This document shows, piece by piece, positions 47,950 to 57,143 of a stretch of 64,000 nt of DNA (positions are counted from its first letter, which is position 1; every line of letters starts with the position of its first letter). A model generated the notes under the pieces. The model was not told the origin of the DNA. It did no database searches and saw nothing but the letters and a program-made list of their open reading frames with translations. The stretch spans positions 171,437-235,436 of the forward strand of contig PHET01000001.1 of assembly GCA_002841275.1 (NCBI GenBank), written 5' to 3'. The stretch is from Actinobacteria bacterium HGW-Actinobacteria-7. GTDB lineage: Bacteria > Actinomycetota > Coriobacteriia > Anaerosomatales > PHET01. Made by a program: the position numbers and the translations under genes.

Positions 47950-48906
47950 CTACAACTTCTCCGCCACGCGCAGCTTGGCGCTGCGGGACCGAGGATTCCG
48001 TTCCGTTTCTTCGGCGCTGGGAACCAGCGCTCTTCGCGTAATGATCTTGAGTACCGGCGAGACGTCACACGTGCATACCGGCATGTCCGGTGGGCACGTA
48101 CACCCCTGTGCGTATCCAGCGAAGATCTGCTTGACGAGCCGGTCTTCGAGCGAGTGATAGCTGATGACAGCTACTCGCCCGTGCGGTGCCAGCCATCGCA
48201 CCGCAGCATTGAGTCCGCGCTCGAGCTGATTCAACTCGCCGTTCACGTGGATTCGCAACGCCTGGAAGGTCTTCTTCGCCGGGTGCCCGCCGCTGCGTCG
48301 TGCAGACGCGGGTATCGCGGCCTTGATGACGTCGACCAGTTGACCAGTGGTGTTGAGTGGACGGCGGCCTCGCGCTTCTACGATGAAAGCTGCTATTCGC
48401 GAGGCCCACCGATCCTCACCAAAGTCGCGGATGATCCGGGCGAGGTCTGCTTCGTCATAGGTTGCGACGACCTCGGCTGCGGTTAGAGTCTGGTGACCCG
48501 GGTCCATCCGCATGTCCAACGGAGCGTCTTCTCGGAAGGAGAAGCCCCGCTCGGCAACGTCTATCTGTGGAGACGAAACTCCGAGATCGAAAAGAATCGC
48601 GTCGGCGTAGGGAATCGCGGCTGAAGCGAGCAGCTCGTCGAGATCCCCGAAGTTGCCTTTGAGAAGGATCGTCTTCACAGGTGATTCTTGCTGGCCGAGG
48701 CGTAGTGTGGATGCTGCTGCGTCTAGTGCTACGTCATCTTGGTCGATTCCCACGAGAATTCCCGCAGGTGCCATGAGGTCTTGAAACCGCTTCGCGTGTC
48801 CTGCCCCGCCTAGAGTGCAATCGACAACGATCGAACCGGAGTGCGGCGATAGGTGCTGCGTGACCTCGGCCAGCAAAACTGGAGTGTGCCGGTATTCCAT
48901 TATCAA
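47950..48906 (-). CDS. rsmH: 16S rRNA (cytosine1402-N4)-methyltransferase
   Basis: HTPVLL, VDCTLGGAGHA, DLGVSSPQ and YHSLEDR motifs are present. Confidence 0.9.
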   Translation of the reverse strand: MIMEYRHTPVLLAEVTQHLSPHSGSIVVDCTLGGAGHAKRFQDLMAPAGILVGIDQDDVALDAAASTLRLGQQESPVKTILLKGNFGDLDELLASAAIPYADAILFDLGVSSPQIDVAERGFSFREDAPLDMRMDPGHQTLTAAEVVATYDEADLARIIRDFGEDRWASRIAAFIVEARGRRPLNTTGQLVDVIKAAIPASARRSGGHPAKKTFQALRIHVNGELNQLERGLNAAVRWLAPHGRVAVISYHSLEDRLVKQIFAGYAQGCTCPPDMPVCTCDVSPVLKIITRRALVPSAEETERNPRSRSAKLRVAEKL

Positions 48907-48909
48907 TCC

Positions 48910-49344
48910 CTACAGGAGCCCGGCGTCTGCCAGCTCCTGGGCAATGTCTTCAATGCGTTCGGCGGTCGCACCGTTGTAGCGGGACCACGATCCGGCATCC
49001 CAGATCTCGATCCGGTTTCCGTTTCCGGTGACCGCCACATCCTTGGTCAACCCCGCGTACTCCCGGAGATTGGCCGGCAAGGAGACGCGACCCGCAGAGT
49101 CCAGCTCAGTTTCCACAGCCCCCGTGGTGAACCACCGCCTCAACTCCTGCTTCTTGGGGTTGAAGTCGGACCCGGTGAGGAGGTTCTCGACGAACCGCTG
49201 ATACTCCTCGGTCGGGTAGACATACAGACACTCGTCGACGCCCTTGGCGACAACGATCCTGCCTGTCATGTCGGCGCGGAACTTGGCGGGGAGTGACACG
49301 CGGCCTTTGGCATCCAGTGTGTGCTGGTGGTCGCCTAGGAACAT
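48910..49344 (-). CDS. mraZ: transcriptional regulator MraZ
   Basis: 144 aa, with duplicated DxxxR (MFLGDHQHTLDAKGRVSLPAKFR and DSAGRVSLPANLR). A strong RBS GGAGAGGGGGAG is present. The listed 236-aa ORF is 5'-extended and spurious. Confidence 0.9.
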   Translation of the reverse strand: MFLGDHQHTLDAKGRVSLPAKFRADMTGRIVVAKGVDECLYVYPTEEYQRFVENLLTGSDFNPKKQELRRWFTTGAVETELDSAGRVSLPANLREYAGLTKDVAVTGNGNRIEIWDAGSWSRYNGATAERIEDIAQELADAGLL

Positions 49345-49413
49345 GTCTCCCCCTCTCCATCCCGTGACACCCGATGCCCCGTGAACACGGAACACCCGCC
49401 CTGCAGGAAGAAA

Positions 49414-49438
49414 CATATGCCACTTCATCCCACAAAGC
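49414..49438 (-). promoter_or_regulatory. putative MraZ operator repeats upstream of mraZ
   Basis: The minus strand reads cTTTGTGGGatGAAGTGGCatatGTTTC. These are GTGG-type direct repeats at about 10-bp spacing, 70-95 nt upstream of the mraZ start, resembling reported MraZ boxes. Confidence 0.35.
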
Positions 49439-49667
49439 AATACTTTCATGGGAATTGATAACACCAGATGACACAACGCAACACGGATCGATCGTTGTCC
49501 TAGAGTGTTCTGAACTCGGACGGCTTCCGCTTCGTCAAAGTCCACAGAGGGGCAGGAGCCCTTGTATTGGTGGGTGTAGCGAAGAGGCACGAAGAGCTGC
49601 ATTGCCCTGTTGGAGCGCAAGCGGGTAGAATCGGCACGTACTATCCGCGACTCCGGAGGTAGGTCAC

Positions 49668-49808
49668 ATGACCGCGAACTGGGCTGGCACTCTGGTCAAC
49701 GTTCTGATTCTCGCGTTCTTCGCCGTTGTAGCCATCGGCGTCGGACTTGGCGCATATGCCGCGTCGAGCCTCAAGAAGTGCGAAGAGGAGAAGAAGTCGG
49801 CCGCGTAG
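49668..49808 (+). CDS. small (46 aa) hydrophobic membrane protein, missed by the 60-aa ORF cutoff
   Basis: ATG at 49668, with GGAGG 8 nt upstream. The product is MTANWAGTLVNVLILAFFAVVAIGVGLGAYAASSLKKCEEEKKSAA, one TM plus a charged tail. Confidence 0.5.
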   Translation: MTANWAGTLVNVLILAFFAVVAIGVGLGAYAASSLKKCEEEKKSAA

Positions 49809-49905
49809 CGCCCTTCGTTCTATCGATCGTCAACTGGACGCTCCTGCCCACCGGGTGTGGAGCGTTTTGGTTTTGCGGATCAAGGCAACGAAGAAGGAGT
49901 CGACG

Positions 49906-50928
49906 ATGAAGGTCTCGAAGCGCACCATCGGCACGGTGATCCTGGCTGGAGCAATCATCGTGCTGGCCGCCGCACTCGGCTTCAGCCTTGGCCAAGGCCA
50001 GCCGATGCCCTCCATCGACACCGTGAAGTCAATCGCCCCGCAAGCCAGCCCTCCGCTGGCGATGGATTCGGGCGAAGCTTCGGTCGCCAATGATGGCTAC
50101 GACATGAGCGGTCGCACATCAGGCGGAGCTCCAAGTGCTGTCGTGCCCAGTGGAGACACAGTTAGTGCCGCGGGGGCCGACAAGCTCGTCATCACCACCG
50201 CGAACATGGAACTGCAGGTGCGCAGCGTGGACTCCGCGCTGGATCGGATGCGAGCTGCGGCCAAGAAGGCGGGCGCTGAGATCAGCGACCTATCGGTGGT
50301 CGCAGGCACGTCCCAAGGAGCCGTCGTCGACAGCCCACTGCAAAGCAACCCGACCAGAGGCCCTGCAACGGCTTACGTGACCCTTCGCGTTCCGGCCGAT
50401 CAGCTGGATGCACTCGAGGGTGAGATTGCGAAACTAGGTTCGGTTCTGACGCGGTCATCGAACACGAATGACGTGACCGAACAGGCCATCGACCTAGATG
50501 CCCGACTCACCAATCTTCGGGCCGAGGAATCCCGCTTGCGCGCCTTTCTGGGCAAGACCTCCAAGGTCACAGAGCTACTCGAGGTCGAGAGGGAGCTCTC
50601 CCGTGTGCGCGGTGACATCGAAGCGATGGACGCGCAGCTCACGTATCTGAAGCGTCAGGCAGCTCGCTCCACGCTGACGGTGACCATGACCGAGCCGGGC
50701 CCGGTAGTACAGCCGGCCGGACCCACCTGGGGCCTGCGCGAAGCCGTGACTCGCGGCGTCCAGGCGGCGATTGCGCTACTGACAACACTCGTCACCGTGT
50801 CGATACCGCTGGTGCTCATCGCTTTGTTGGTCGCGATTGTGGTCCTGCCACTCCGCGCGATACGCAAGCACCGTTCCGCCAAGCGCGCTGCCCAGAATGT
50901 CGCCGAAGACCCGGAGGGCACCGAATGA
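49906..50928 (+). CDS. DUF4349-like membrane-anchored protein
   Basis: ATG at 49906 with AAGGAG upstream. It has an N-terminal TM, a long extracytoplasmic coiled-coil region and a C-terminal TM (AIALLTTLVTVSIPLVLIALLVAIVVL). Confidence 0.7.
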   Translation: MKVSKRTIGTVILAGAIIVLAAALGFSLGQGQPMPSIDTVKSIAPQASPPLAMDSGEASVANDGYDMSGRTSGGAPSAVVPSGDTVSAAGADKLVITTANMELQVRSVDSALDRMRAAAKKAGAEISDLSVVAGTSQGAVVDSPLQSNPTRGPATAYVTLRVPADQLDALEGEIAKLGSVLTRSSNTNDVTEQAIDLDARLTNLRAEESRLRAFLGKTSKVTELLEVERELSRVRGDIEAMDAQLTYLKRQAARSTLTVTMTEPGPVVQPAGPTWGLREAVTRGVQAAIALLTTLVTVSIPLVLIALLVAIVVLPLRAIRKHRSAKRAAQNVAEDPEGTE

Positions 50929-51137
50929 TGATCCGACCTCGATTCAAGCTGCCGCTGTGGGCCGCACTGGTGATTCCAGCACTGGCCTACCTTGTGCGAT
51001 CGCTCGTGGTCAGGAATGGGGACTTCGCACCGGACATGCCTCAGGATCTAATCGTCTTCGGCGTGCTCACGGGCGTGATCATACTCGTCGCGTGGGCCCG
51101 TCGCGCTTACGCCGACGACCCTGAAAGCGACGAGTGA
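50925..51137 (+). CDS. small (70 aa) two-TM membrane protein, start overlapping the upstream stop (ATGA)
   Basis: MMIRPRFKLPLWAALVIPALAYLVRSL...LIVFGVLTGVIILVAWARRAY. Coupling by a 4-nt overlap is the only support. Confidence 0.45.
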   Translation: MMIRPRFKLPLWAALVIPALAYLVRSLVVRNGDFAPDMPQDLIVFGVLTGVIILVAWARRAYADDPESDE

Positions 51138-51187
51138 TCCGTCGGGCGCGAGGCCGAGGATTCGACCCCCTCAGACGAACTCCCCTG

Positions 51188-52144
51188 CTAGCCCTTCTCC
51201 TTGTATGGCTTGCCGACAGAAGCCGGCGCAACCGCGCGACCGACGACACCAGCCAATACGATGACCGTCAATATGTAGGGCAGCATCAGGAAGAACTGTG
51301 GCGGAATCTTGATCACATCGGAGAACAACTGAAGCTTGAGCTGCAGTGCATCTGCGAACCCGAACAACAGCGACGCCATATAGGCCCCCCCTGGCGTCCA
51401 ACGTCCGAAGATGTTCGCAGCCAACGCGATGAACCCCCGACCATTGGTCATGTTCTCGGTGAACGATCCAACCTGCTCCAAGGTAAGGTTCGCGCCGGCA
51501 AGCCCGGCCATGAAACCGGAGATCAGGACCGCTACCCACCGGCCACGCAAGACGTTGATGCCAACCGTGTCCGCCGCGCGCGGGTGCTCGCCTAATGCCC
51601 TGAGCCTGAGGCCCCATCGGGTGCGGTACATGGCCCACGTCAGGAACACCGCCGAGAACATGCCGACGTACACGAGCGGCGTGTAGCTCAGGAACACGAC
51701 ATCCACCCACTGCCAGATCGTGCCCAGAACGCCACCACCCCCCGCTGGCAGATCCATCAAGGGCTTGATGGTCTTCACCGTATCGGTCGTGCCGGGGTGT
51801 CCGAAGATCGTCTCCATGAGAAACCCGGTCACACCGAGTGCAAGAATGTTTATTGCCGTACCGGAGATGACCTGATCGGCCCGAAGGTTTATGGACGCCC
51901 ACGCGTGGATTGCAGAGAACAGGACGGAAGCCAGTACAGCGACGAAGACACCAATCCATGCATTCCCGAAGAGCAACGCTGCGGCCACCCCTGCGAACGC
52001 CGAAATCAGCATGAGCCCTTCCATCGCGATGTTCACGACGCCAGATCTCTCGCAGACGGCTCCGCCGATGGCGGCAAGCGCGATAGGGGTCGCGAGACGC
52101 ACCGCAGAAGCGAAGAGTTCGGGAGTGACGACTTCGCTAAACAT
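51188..52144 (-). CDS. ABC transporter permease (BMP/simple-sugar/nucleoside type, NupQ/YufQ-like)
   Basis: About 318 aa, 8-9 TM, as the second permease of the operon. The start was set at the internal Met to abut the upstream gene. Confidence 0.8.
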   Translation of the reverse strand: MFSEVVTPELFASAVRLATPIALAAIGGAVCERSGVVNIAMEGLMLISAFAGVAAALLFGNAWIGVFVAVLASVLFSAIHAWASINLRADQVISGTAINILALGVTGFLMETIFGHPGTTDTVKTIKPLMDLPAGGGGVLGTIWQWVDVVFLSYTPLVYVGMFSAVFLTWAMYRTRWGLRLRALGEHPRAADTVGINVLRGRWVAVLISGFMAGLAGANLTLEQVGSFTENMTNGRGFIALAANIFGRWTPGGAYMASLLFGFADALQLKLQLFSDVIKIPPQFFLMLPYILTVIVLAGVVGRAVAPASVGKPYKEKG

Positions 52145-53270
52145 CTGCGCCTCCTCTCGCTCTGCGCACTCGCGAGACGGCCCACGAAACGATGGTCTCG
52201 GCACCCACCAAGAAGATGATAGTGCCCTGGATGATCGAGATGACCTTCTGAGATACTCCGGCCTCGAGCTGCATCGTCCCCGCGCCGGCAGAGAGAGATC
52301 CGAACAAAATCGCGGCGGCGACTACGCCCAGCGGGTTGTTCTTCGCAAGAAGCGCCACTGCGATGCCGGTGAACCCGAATCCCGAGGAGAACTGGTCGAA
52401 CAGGCGGTAGTGCACGCCCATGACCTCGGTCGCCCCCGCAAGCCCTGCAAGCGCGCCCGATATGCACAGAGACTTGATGGTCGTGGCGGCCACTGAGATG
52501 CCGCCTGTCTCGGCTGCAGTGGGGTTGAACCCCACGGCACGGGCTTCGTAGCCGAGGACCGTGTACTTCAGGATCCACCAGACGACGATCGCGGCAACCA
52601 CTCCTATGAGAATGCCGAAGTGAGCACGGTTGGGCTGGATGAACGTGAACACGTCCGAGATGCGTGGCAGCTGACTGGATGCGGGGATCATCGGACTTTG
52701 CGGAATGGCGCCCTCAGCCTTGAACGGTCCCGTCACGATCCAAGACACCAGATATCGCCCGATGTACGTGAACATCATGGTGGTAATAACTTCGTGCGCG
52801 CCGAGTTTCGCCTTCATCAACGCGGGGATGAACGCCCAAGCCGCGCCCGCAATCATCGCGGAGAGAAGGATGAGGGGCACCGACAGCATCCAGGAGAGAC
52901 CGCCCAGGGCAACGCCCATGAACGCCGCCGCGAGCCCACCCAGAAACAACTGACCCTCGGCCCCGATGTTGAACAGGCCCGAACGGAACCCGTAAGCGAC
53001 CGCCAGCCCAGTGAATACCAATGGCGTAGCGCGAAGCAGGGTTTCCCCGATCTGACGAGCACCGCCAAACGCCCCAAAGAACATGGCCGAGAACGCGGCG
53101 ACCGGATCCTTGCCTGACGCGAGAATGACCAACGATCCGACGAGCACCGCAATCGCCACGGAGATGAACGGCGTCGCCATCCGCACCCCGCGTTGGAACC
53201 TTTCCTGCTCCAGAGCGAACTGCTTCTCGTCGACAGTGGACGCTGCGCGGTTTGGAGGAGTGTCAGCCAT
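52137..53270 (-). CDS. ABC transporter permease (NupP/YufP-like)
   Basis: About 377 aa, polytopic. It lies in the operon with the ATPase and the BMP binding protein. Confidence 0.8.
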   Translation of the reverse strand: MADTPPNRAASTVDEKQFALEQERFQRGVRMATPFISVAIAVLVGSLVILASGKDPVAAFSAMFFGAFGGARQIGETLLRATPLVFTGLAVAYGFRSGLFNIGAEGQLFLGGLAAAFMGVALGGLSWMLSVPLILLSAMIAGAAWAFIPALMKAKLGAHEVITTMMFTYIGRYLVSWIVTGPFKAEGAIPQSPMIPASSQLPRISDVFTFIQPNRAHFGILIGVVAAIVVWWILKYTVLGYEARAVGFNPTAAETGGISVAATTIKSLCISGALAGLAGATEVMGVHYRLFDQFSSGFGFTGIAVALLAKNNPLGVVAAAILFGSLSAGAGTMQLEAGVSQKVISIIQGTIIFLVGAETIVSWAVSRVRRARGGADV

Positions 53271-53274
53271 CTGC

Positions 53275-54885
53275 TCAGGCACCTGTGTCCTCCTCGGATG
53301 CGCGCGACGGTTCCGTGGGCGTTCGCCCACCGCCGGTCATGAACAGCCCCAGCTCTTCCTCGGTCACCTGTCCTCCTTCGAACTCCGCCACCACTCGGCC
53401 CTCGTACATCACGAGAATCCGATCGGACAGTGACATGACCTCTTCAAGTTCCATACTGACAAGAAGCACAGCCTTGCCCGAATCGCGCTCCGCGATAATC
53501 CGCCGGTGCACGAATTCGATAGCACCGACGTCGAGTCCACGCGTGGGTTGTGATGCGACAAGCAGCTCGGGGTTTCGGCCAAGCTCGCGAGCGAGCACCA
53601 GCTTCTGCTGGTTGCCTCCGGACAGATTCGATGCAGCGACGTGTTCGTTGGGAGTGCGTACGTCATAGTCCTTGATCCGCGCGCGGGCCTCGGTGTCCAA
53701 CGCCGACCGATTCAGAATCCCATGTTTCGAGAACGGCTCTCTGCGCTGGTCACCCAAAGCTACGTTCTCGACTAGGTCAAACTCCAGCACCAAACCGCGC
53801 CGATGCCGGTCTTCGGGCACATGGGAAACGCCTGCGGCGATGGTGCGCCGCGCATCATCATGGGTGATATCTCGGCCTTTGAGCGAGACCGTACCGCCAG
53901 AAGGTCGCCGGAGCCCCGTGATCGCCTCGACGAGCTCTCTTTGACCATTGCCTGAGACGCCTGCGATCCCCAAAACCTCGCCTCCATGAACCGCAAAAGA
54001 AACCCCTTTCAACGCAGGGAGTTTCCGGTCATCAAGCACGACAAGGTCACTCACGTCCAAGACGACTTCGCCGATCTTGGCTGGCCCCTTGTCTATCTTG
54101 AGAACCACATCGCGGCCGACCATCATGCGCGCCAGACTCTGCTCACTACACTCTTCCGGGGTCGTCTCACCAACGACGCGCCCTGCCCGCATGACGAGAA
54201 TCCTGTCAGCGAAGGCCATGACCTCGTCGAGTTTGTGCGTGATGATCACGACAGCAAGCCCTTGAGAAACAAGCTCTCGCACGATCTGGAAGAGTTCGTG
54301 GACCTCTTGAGGGGTCAGCACGGCCGTAGGCTCGTCCAAGATGAGGATGCGCGCGTCACGGTACAGCGCTTTCAAGATCTCGACTCGCTGCTGCATACCT
54401 ACTGACAGGTCCATCACTCGTGAGTCAGGATCGACTTTGAGTCCGTATTTCGCAGAGATCTCCACGACCCGCTTTCGAGCCACGGCGCGGTCGATCAAGC
54501 CCCAGCTGTTGGTCGGTTCCATGCCAAGCACTATGTTCTCGGTCACCGTTAGCGGCTCTACCAGCATGAAGTGCTGGTGGACCATACCGATGCCCAGCCT
54601 GATTGCGTCTCTGGGGGCACGTATCTGCACTGAATTGCCGTCTACGACTATCTCGCCGGCACTTGCGGAGAGCAAGCCGTAGGCGACATTCATCAGAGTG
54701 GACTTGCCAGCTCCGTTCTCTCCTAGGAGCGCCAGCACCTCTCCGGGAGCCACCGACGCCGAGACGTCATCGTTGGCCAGCACACCGGGGAACCGTTTCG
54801 ATACGTTGCGCAGTTCAAGGATCGGGGGTCGGTCCTGACCGACGTTAGGGGGTAGTTCGCAGGCGGCTTGAGGGTCGGCAGACAT
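53275..54885 (-). CDS. ABC transporter ATP-binding protein with duplicated ATPase domains (nucleoside/sugar type)
   Basis: Two Walker A sites (GENGAGKST, GVSGNGQRE) and two signature motifs (LSVGMQQRVEI, LSGGNQQK). Confidence 0.85.
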   Translation of the reverse strand: MSADPQAACELPPNVGQDRPPILELRNVSKRFPGVLANDDVSASVAPGEVLALLGENGAGKSTLMNVAYGLLSASAGEIVVDGNSVQIRAPRDAIRLGIGMVHQHFMLVEPLTVTENIVLGMEPTNSWGLIDRAVARKRVVEISAKYGLKVDPDSRVMDLSVGMQQRVEILKALYRDARILILDEPTAVLTPQEVHELFQIVRELVSQGLAVVIITHKLDEVMAFADRILVMRAGRVVGETTPEECSEQSLARMMVGRDVVLKIDKGPAKIGEVVLDVSDLVVLDDRKLPALKGVSFAVHGGEVLGIAGVSGNGQRELVEAITGLRRPSGGTVSLKGRDITHDDARRTIAAGVSHVPEDRHRRGLVLEFDLVENVALGDQRREPFSKHGILNRSALDTEARARIKDYDVRTPNEHVAASNLSGGNQQKLVLARELGRNPELLVASQPTRGLDVGAIEFVHRRIIAERDSGKAVLLVSMELEEVMSLSDRILVMYEGRVVAEFEGGQVTEEELGLFMTGGGRTPTEPSRASEEDTGA

Positions 54886-54977
54886 CGGCGCTCCCGTCAG
54901 AGATACGGCAACCGGAGCCCCGGCGGAAGTGCAGAACACATCCGCCGGGGCATTCCCGGAGCAATCGCGTCGAACTA

Positions 54978-56048
54978 CTACTTGGACTCGGGTACGGTGA
55001 CCGTACCGGCGATGACATCAGCCTTCGCCTTGTCCACAGAGTCTTTGACTTCCTGCGGCATCTTGGCATCCCAGTCGTGGTACGGCGCCAGGCCGACGCC
55101 ATCCTCGGCGAGACCGAAGATCTTGTTCTCTCCGCCCTTGATAGTACCGTCGACTGCCTCTTTGACCGTCATGAAGACGGCGTTGTCCACGCGCTTGACC
55201 GCAGACGTCAGAATCGTGTCGCCGATACCATCGATGGTGTTGTACTGGTCGGAGTCAACACCGATGAAGAGCGCCTTGTTGTCCTTGCACGCCTTGGCGG
55301 TACCATTGCCAGTCGCGCCAGCAGCTGCGAACACGATGTCAGCGCCGCCCTCGATGAGGCTCTTGCCCGCCTCGATGCCCTTCTGGGCATCGGTAAACGA
55401 ACCGGTGTAGACACTCTTGACCTGGACGTCAGGATTGACGGACTTCACGCCCGCGACGAATCCGGCCTCGAACTTCTGAACGGGAGGAATCTCCATACCG
55501 CCCACAAAACCGACGACCTTCTTGTCGTTGATGCGGGGGTCTGCGTCGGTCATAGTGGTGAGCTTGCCCGCTACCACGCCCGCCAGATAACCCGCTTCCT
55601 GCTCCTTGAAGTTCAGTCCGATGACGTTGGAATCGACCGGATCGAAGAAGATATCGATGCCGCCGAAGTTGACGTCGGGGAACTGCGGGGCGACCTTCGT
55701 GACCGTGTCGGTCATGAGGAAGCCGACTGCGAAGATCGGGCTGTAGCCGGCGGTAGCCAGCTGGTTGATATTGCTCTCATAATCGGTCGGCTCTTTGGAC
55801 TCGAGAACCTGGATCTTCACGCCGAGTTCCTTCTCGGCACGCTGAAGCCCTGCGTAGGACAGGTCGTTGAACGACTTGTCGCCCAAGCCACCCACGTCGG
55901 TGACCATTGCCGCCTTGACGTCGGTCGTGGGCGTCTCGGCAGGCGTCGTCGGTGCCGGTGCCGGAGTCTTCGCACACCCCACTGCCAACGATGCCATCAC
56001 GGCGAGCGCAAGCAGCAACGCGACGATCTTGCTTGACTTCGATCTCAC
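54978..56048 (-). CDS. BMP-family (PnrA/Med-like) ABC substrate-binding lipoprotein
   Basis: GTG start, with GGAGGAGGGAG 7 nt upstream. It has a lipoprotein signal (KIVALLLALAVMASLAVGC) and a BMP fold (VTDVGGLGDKSFND). Confidence 0.8.
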   Translation of the reverse strand: MRSKSSKIVALLLALAVMASLAVGCAKTPAPAPTTPAETPTTDVKAAMVTDVGGLGDKSFNDLSYAGLQRAEKELGVKIQVLESKEPTDYESNINQLATAGYSPIFAVGFLMTDTVTKVAPQFPDVNFGGIDIFFDPVDSNVIGLNFKEQEAGYLAGVVAGKLTTMTDADPRINDKKVVGFVGGMEIPPVQKFEAGFVAGVKSVNPDVQVKSVYTGSFTDAQKGIEAGKSLIEGGADIVFAAAGATGNGTAKACKDNKALFIGVDSDQYNTIDGIGDTILTSAVKRVDNAVFMTVKEAVDGTIKGGENKIFGLAEDGVGLAPYHDWDAKMPQEVKDSVDKAKADVIAGTVTVPESK

Positions 56049-56159
56049 TGAGATCTCCCTCCTCCTATACACGGAACAACCTTCCGCATTCATTCTAGCC
56101 CTATCGCTGGCAGCGGACGTACGTTCCATTGGCCTGGCCGTACCCGAACGGGTCGAGGG

Positions 56160-57062
56160 CTACCTCTTCCGAGCGCGCGGGTGCGTCGATAGGTATTCTT
56201 CCCGAATATGCCTCCTGTCTACATGGGTGTAGACCTGAGTCGTAGAAATATCTGCGTGCCCCAACATCTCCTGAAGCGCCCGAAGGTCGGCTCCGCCCTC
56301 GAGCATGTGGGTCGCGAACGAGTGCCGAAGGGTGTGTGGGTGCAGTCCGGCCAGGCCGACGCGGCCCCCGTAAGTCCGTACCATCGCGAACACTGCCTGC
56401 CGAGACAGGCGGCCTCCTCGTTGGTTGAGGAAGACCGCCGTCGACGCCGCAAGTGAGCGTTTGGGTCTCAGATGCCCGCGCCCGCTTGCAAGGTAGGCGC
56501 CAAGGGCAAGTTCGGCCATGCCACTCACGGGCACGAGGCGTTCCTTACTGCCCTTGCCAAAGACGCGCACGAAGCCTTCCGGCAAATCGACGTCGGTAGT
56601 GTCCAAACCGGTGAGCTCGCTCACCCTGAGGCCGCACCCGTAGAGCGTCTCCAGCGCGGCACGATCCCGTAAGCCCGCAGGCGTGTCGGGAAACGGCTGC
56701 GACAGCAACCTGTCAACGTCGTCGATGGACAAGACGTCCGGAAGTCGTTCGGGCACCTTGGGTAGGGGCAGCCGCGCCGTCGGGTGATTCTCGGTGAGCC
56801 CTTCTCGGACCAAGAACTTGTGAAAGCCCTTGACCGAGGAGACCTTGCGCTCGACAGAGCTGGGGGCCAGCCCCCGCTCCCTGAGCGAGCCCACCCACGA
56901 GGTCACCAGTTCCCGAGTGACGCCATCCGGTTCGGTCACCGAGCGCTCTGCCAGGAAGCCTGCATAGTCCTCGAGATCGCGGCGGTATGCGGCGAGCGTA
57001 TGCGCAGAAGCGCCACGCTCGACCAGCAGATGCCCCATGTAGTCATCGACGTAAGACTTCAC
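56160..57062 (-). CDS. tyrosine site-specific recombinase, XerC/XerD family
   Basis: 300 aa. It has an N-terminal SAM-like domain and the catalytic R..HxxR..Y set ([24 protein letters not shown]). Confidence 0.85.
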   Translation of the reverse strand: MKSYVDDYMGHLLVERGASAHTLAAYRRDLEDYAGFLAERSVTEPDGVTRELVTSWVGSLRERGLAPSSVERKVSSVKGFHKFLVREGLTENHPTARLPLPKVPERLPDVLSIDDVDRLLSQPFPDTPAGLRDRAALETLYGCGLRVSELTGLDTTDVDLPEGFVRVFGKGSKERLVPVSGMAELALGAYLASGRGHLRPKRSLAASTAVFLNQRGGRLSRQAVFAMVRTYGGRVGLAGLHPHTLRHSFATHMLEGGADLRALQEMLGHADISTTQVYTHVDRRHIREEYLSTHPRARKR

Positions 57063-57143
57063 GCTACCGATGATAGCGAAAGAAGGTGCCCGGCCGAGCG
57101 AATCGACCAGACACCTTCTTGGATGCTGCCTTGCGGGAATCGC

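Noticed and set aside
48910-49620. 236-aa extended MraZ ORF
   Set aside because: The upstream 92 codons are not MraZ-like. The true start is the ATG at 49344, preceded by a strong RBS, giving the canonical 144-aa MraZ.
55077-56036. 319-aa plus-strand ORF inside the BMP lipoprotein gene, and similar long antisense ORFs in the flotillin, ftsI and pst genes
   Set aside because: High-GC antisense artifacts. The opposite strands carry clear homologues.
56049-56159. Riboswitch or regulatory RNA upstream of the BMP nucleoside ABC transporter
   Set aside because: It is a short (about 110-nt) leader without conserved purine, preQ1 or c-di-NMP aptamer cores. Nothing is supportable.
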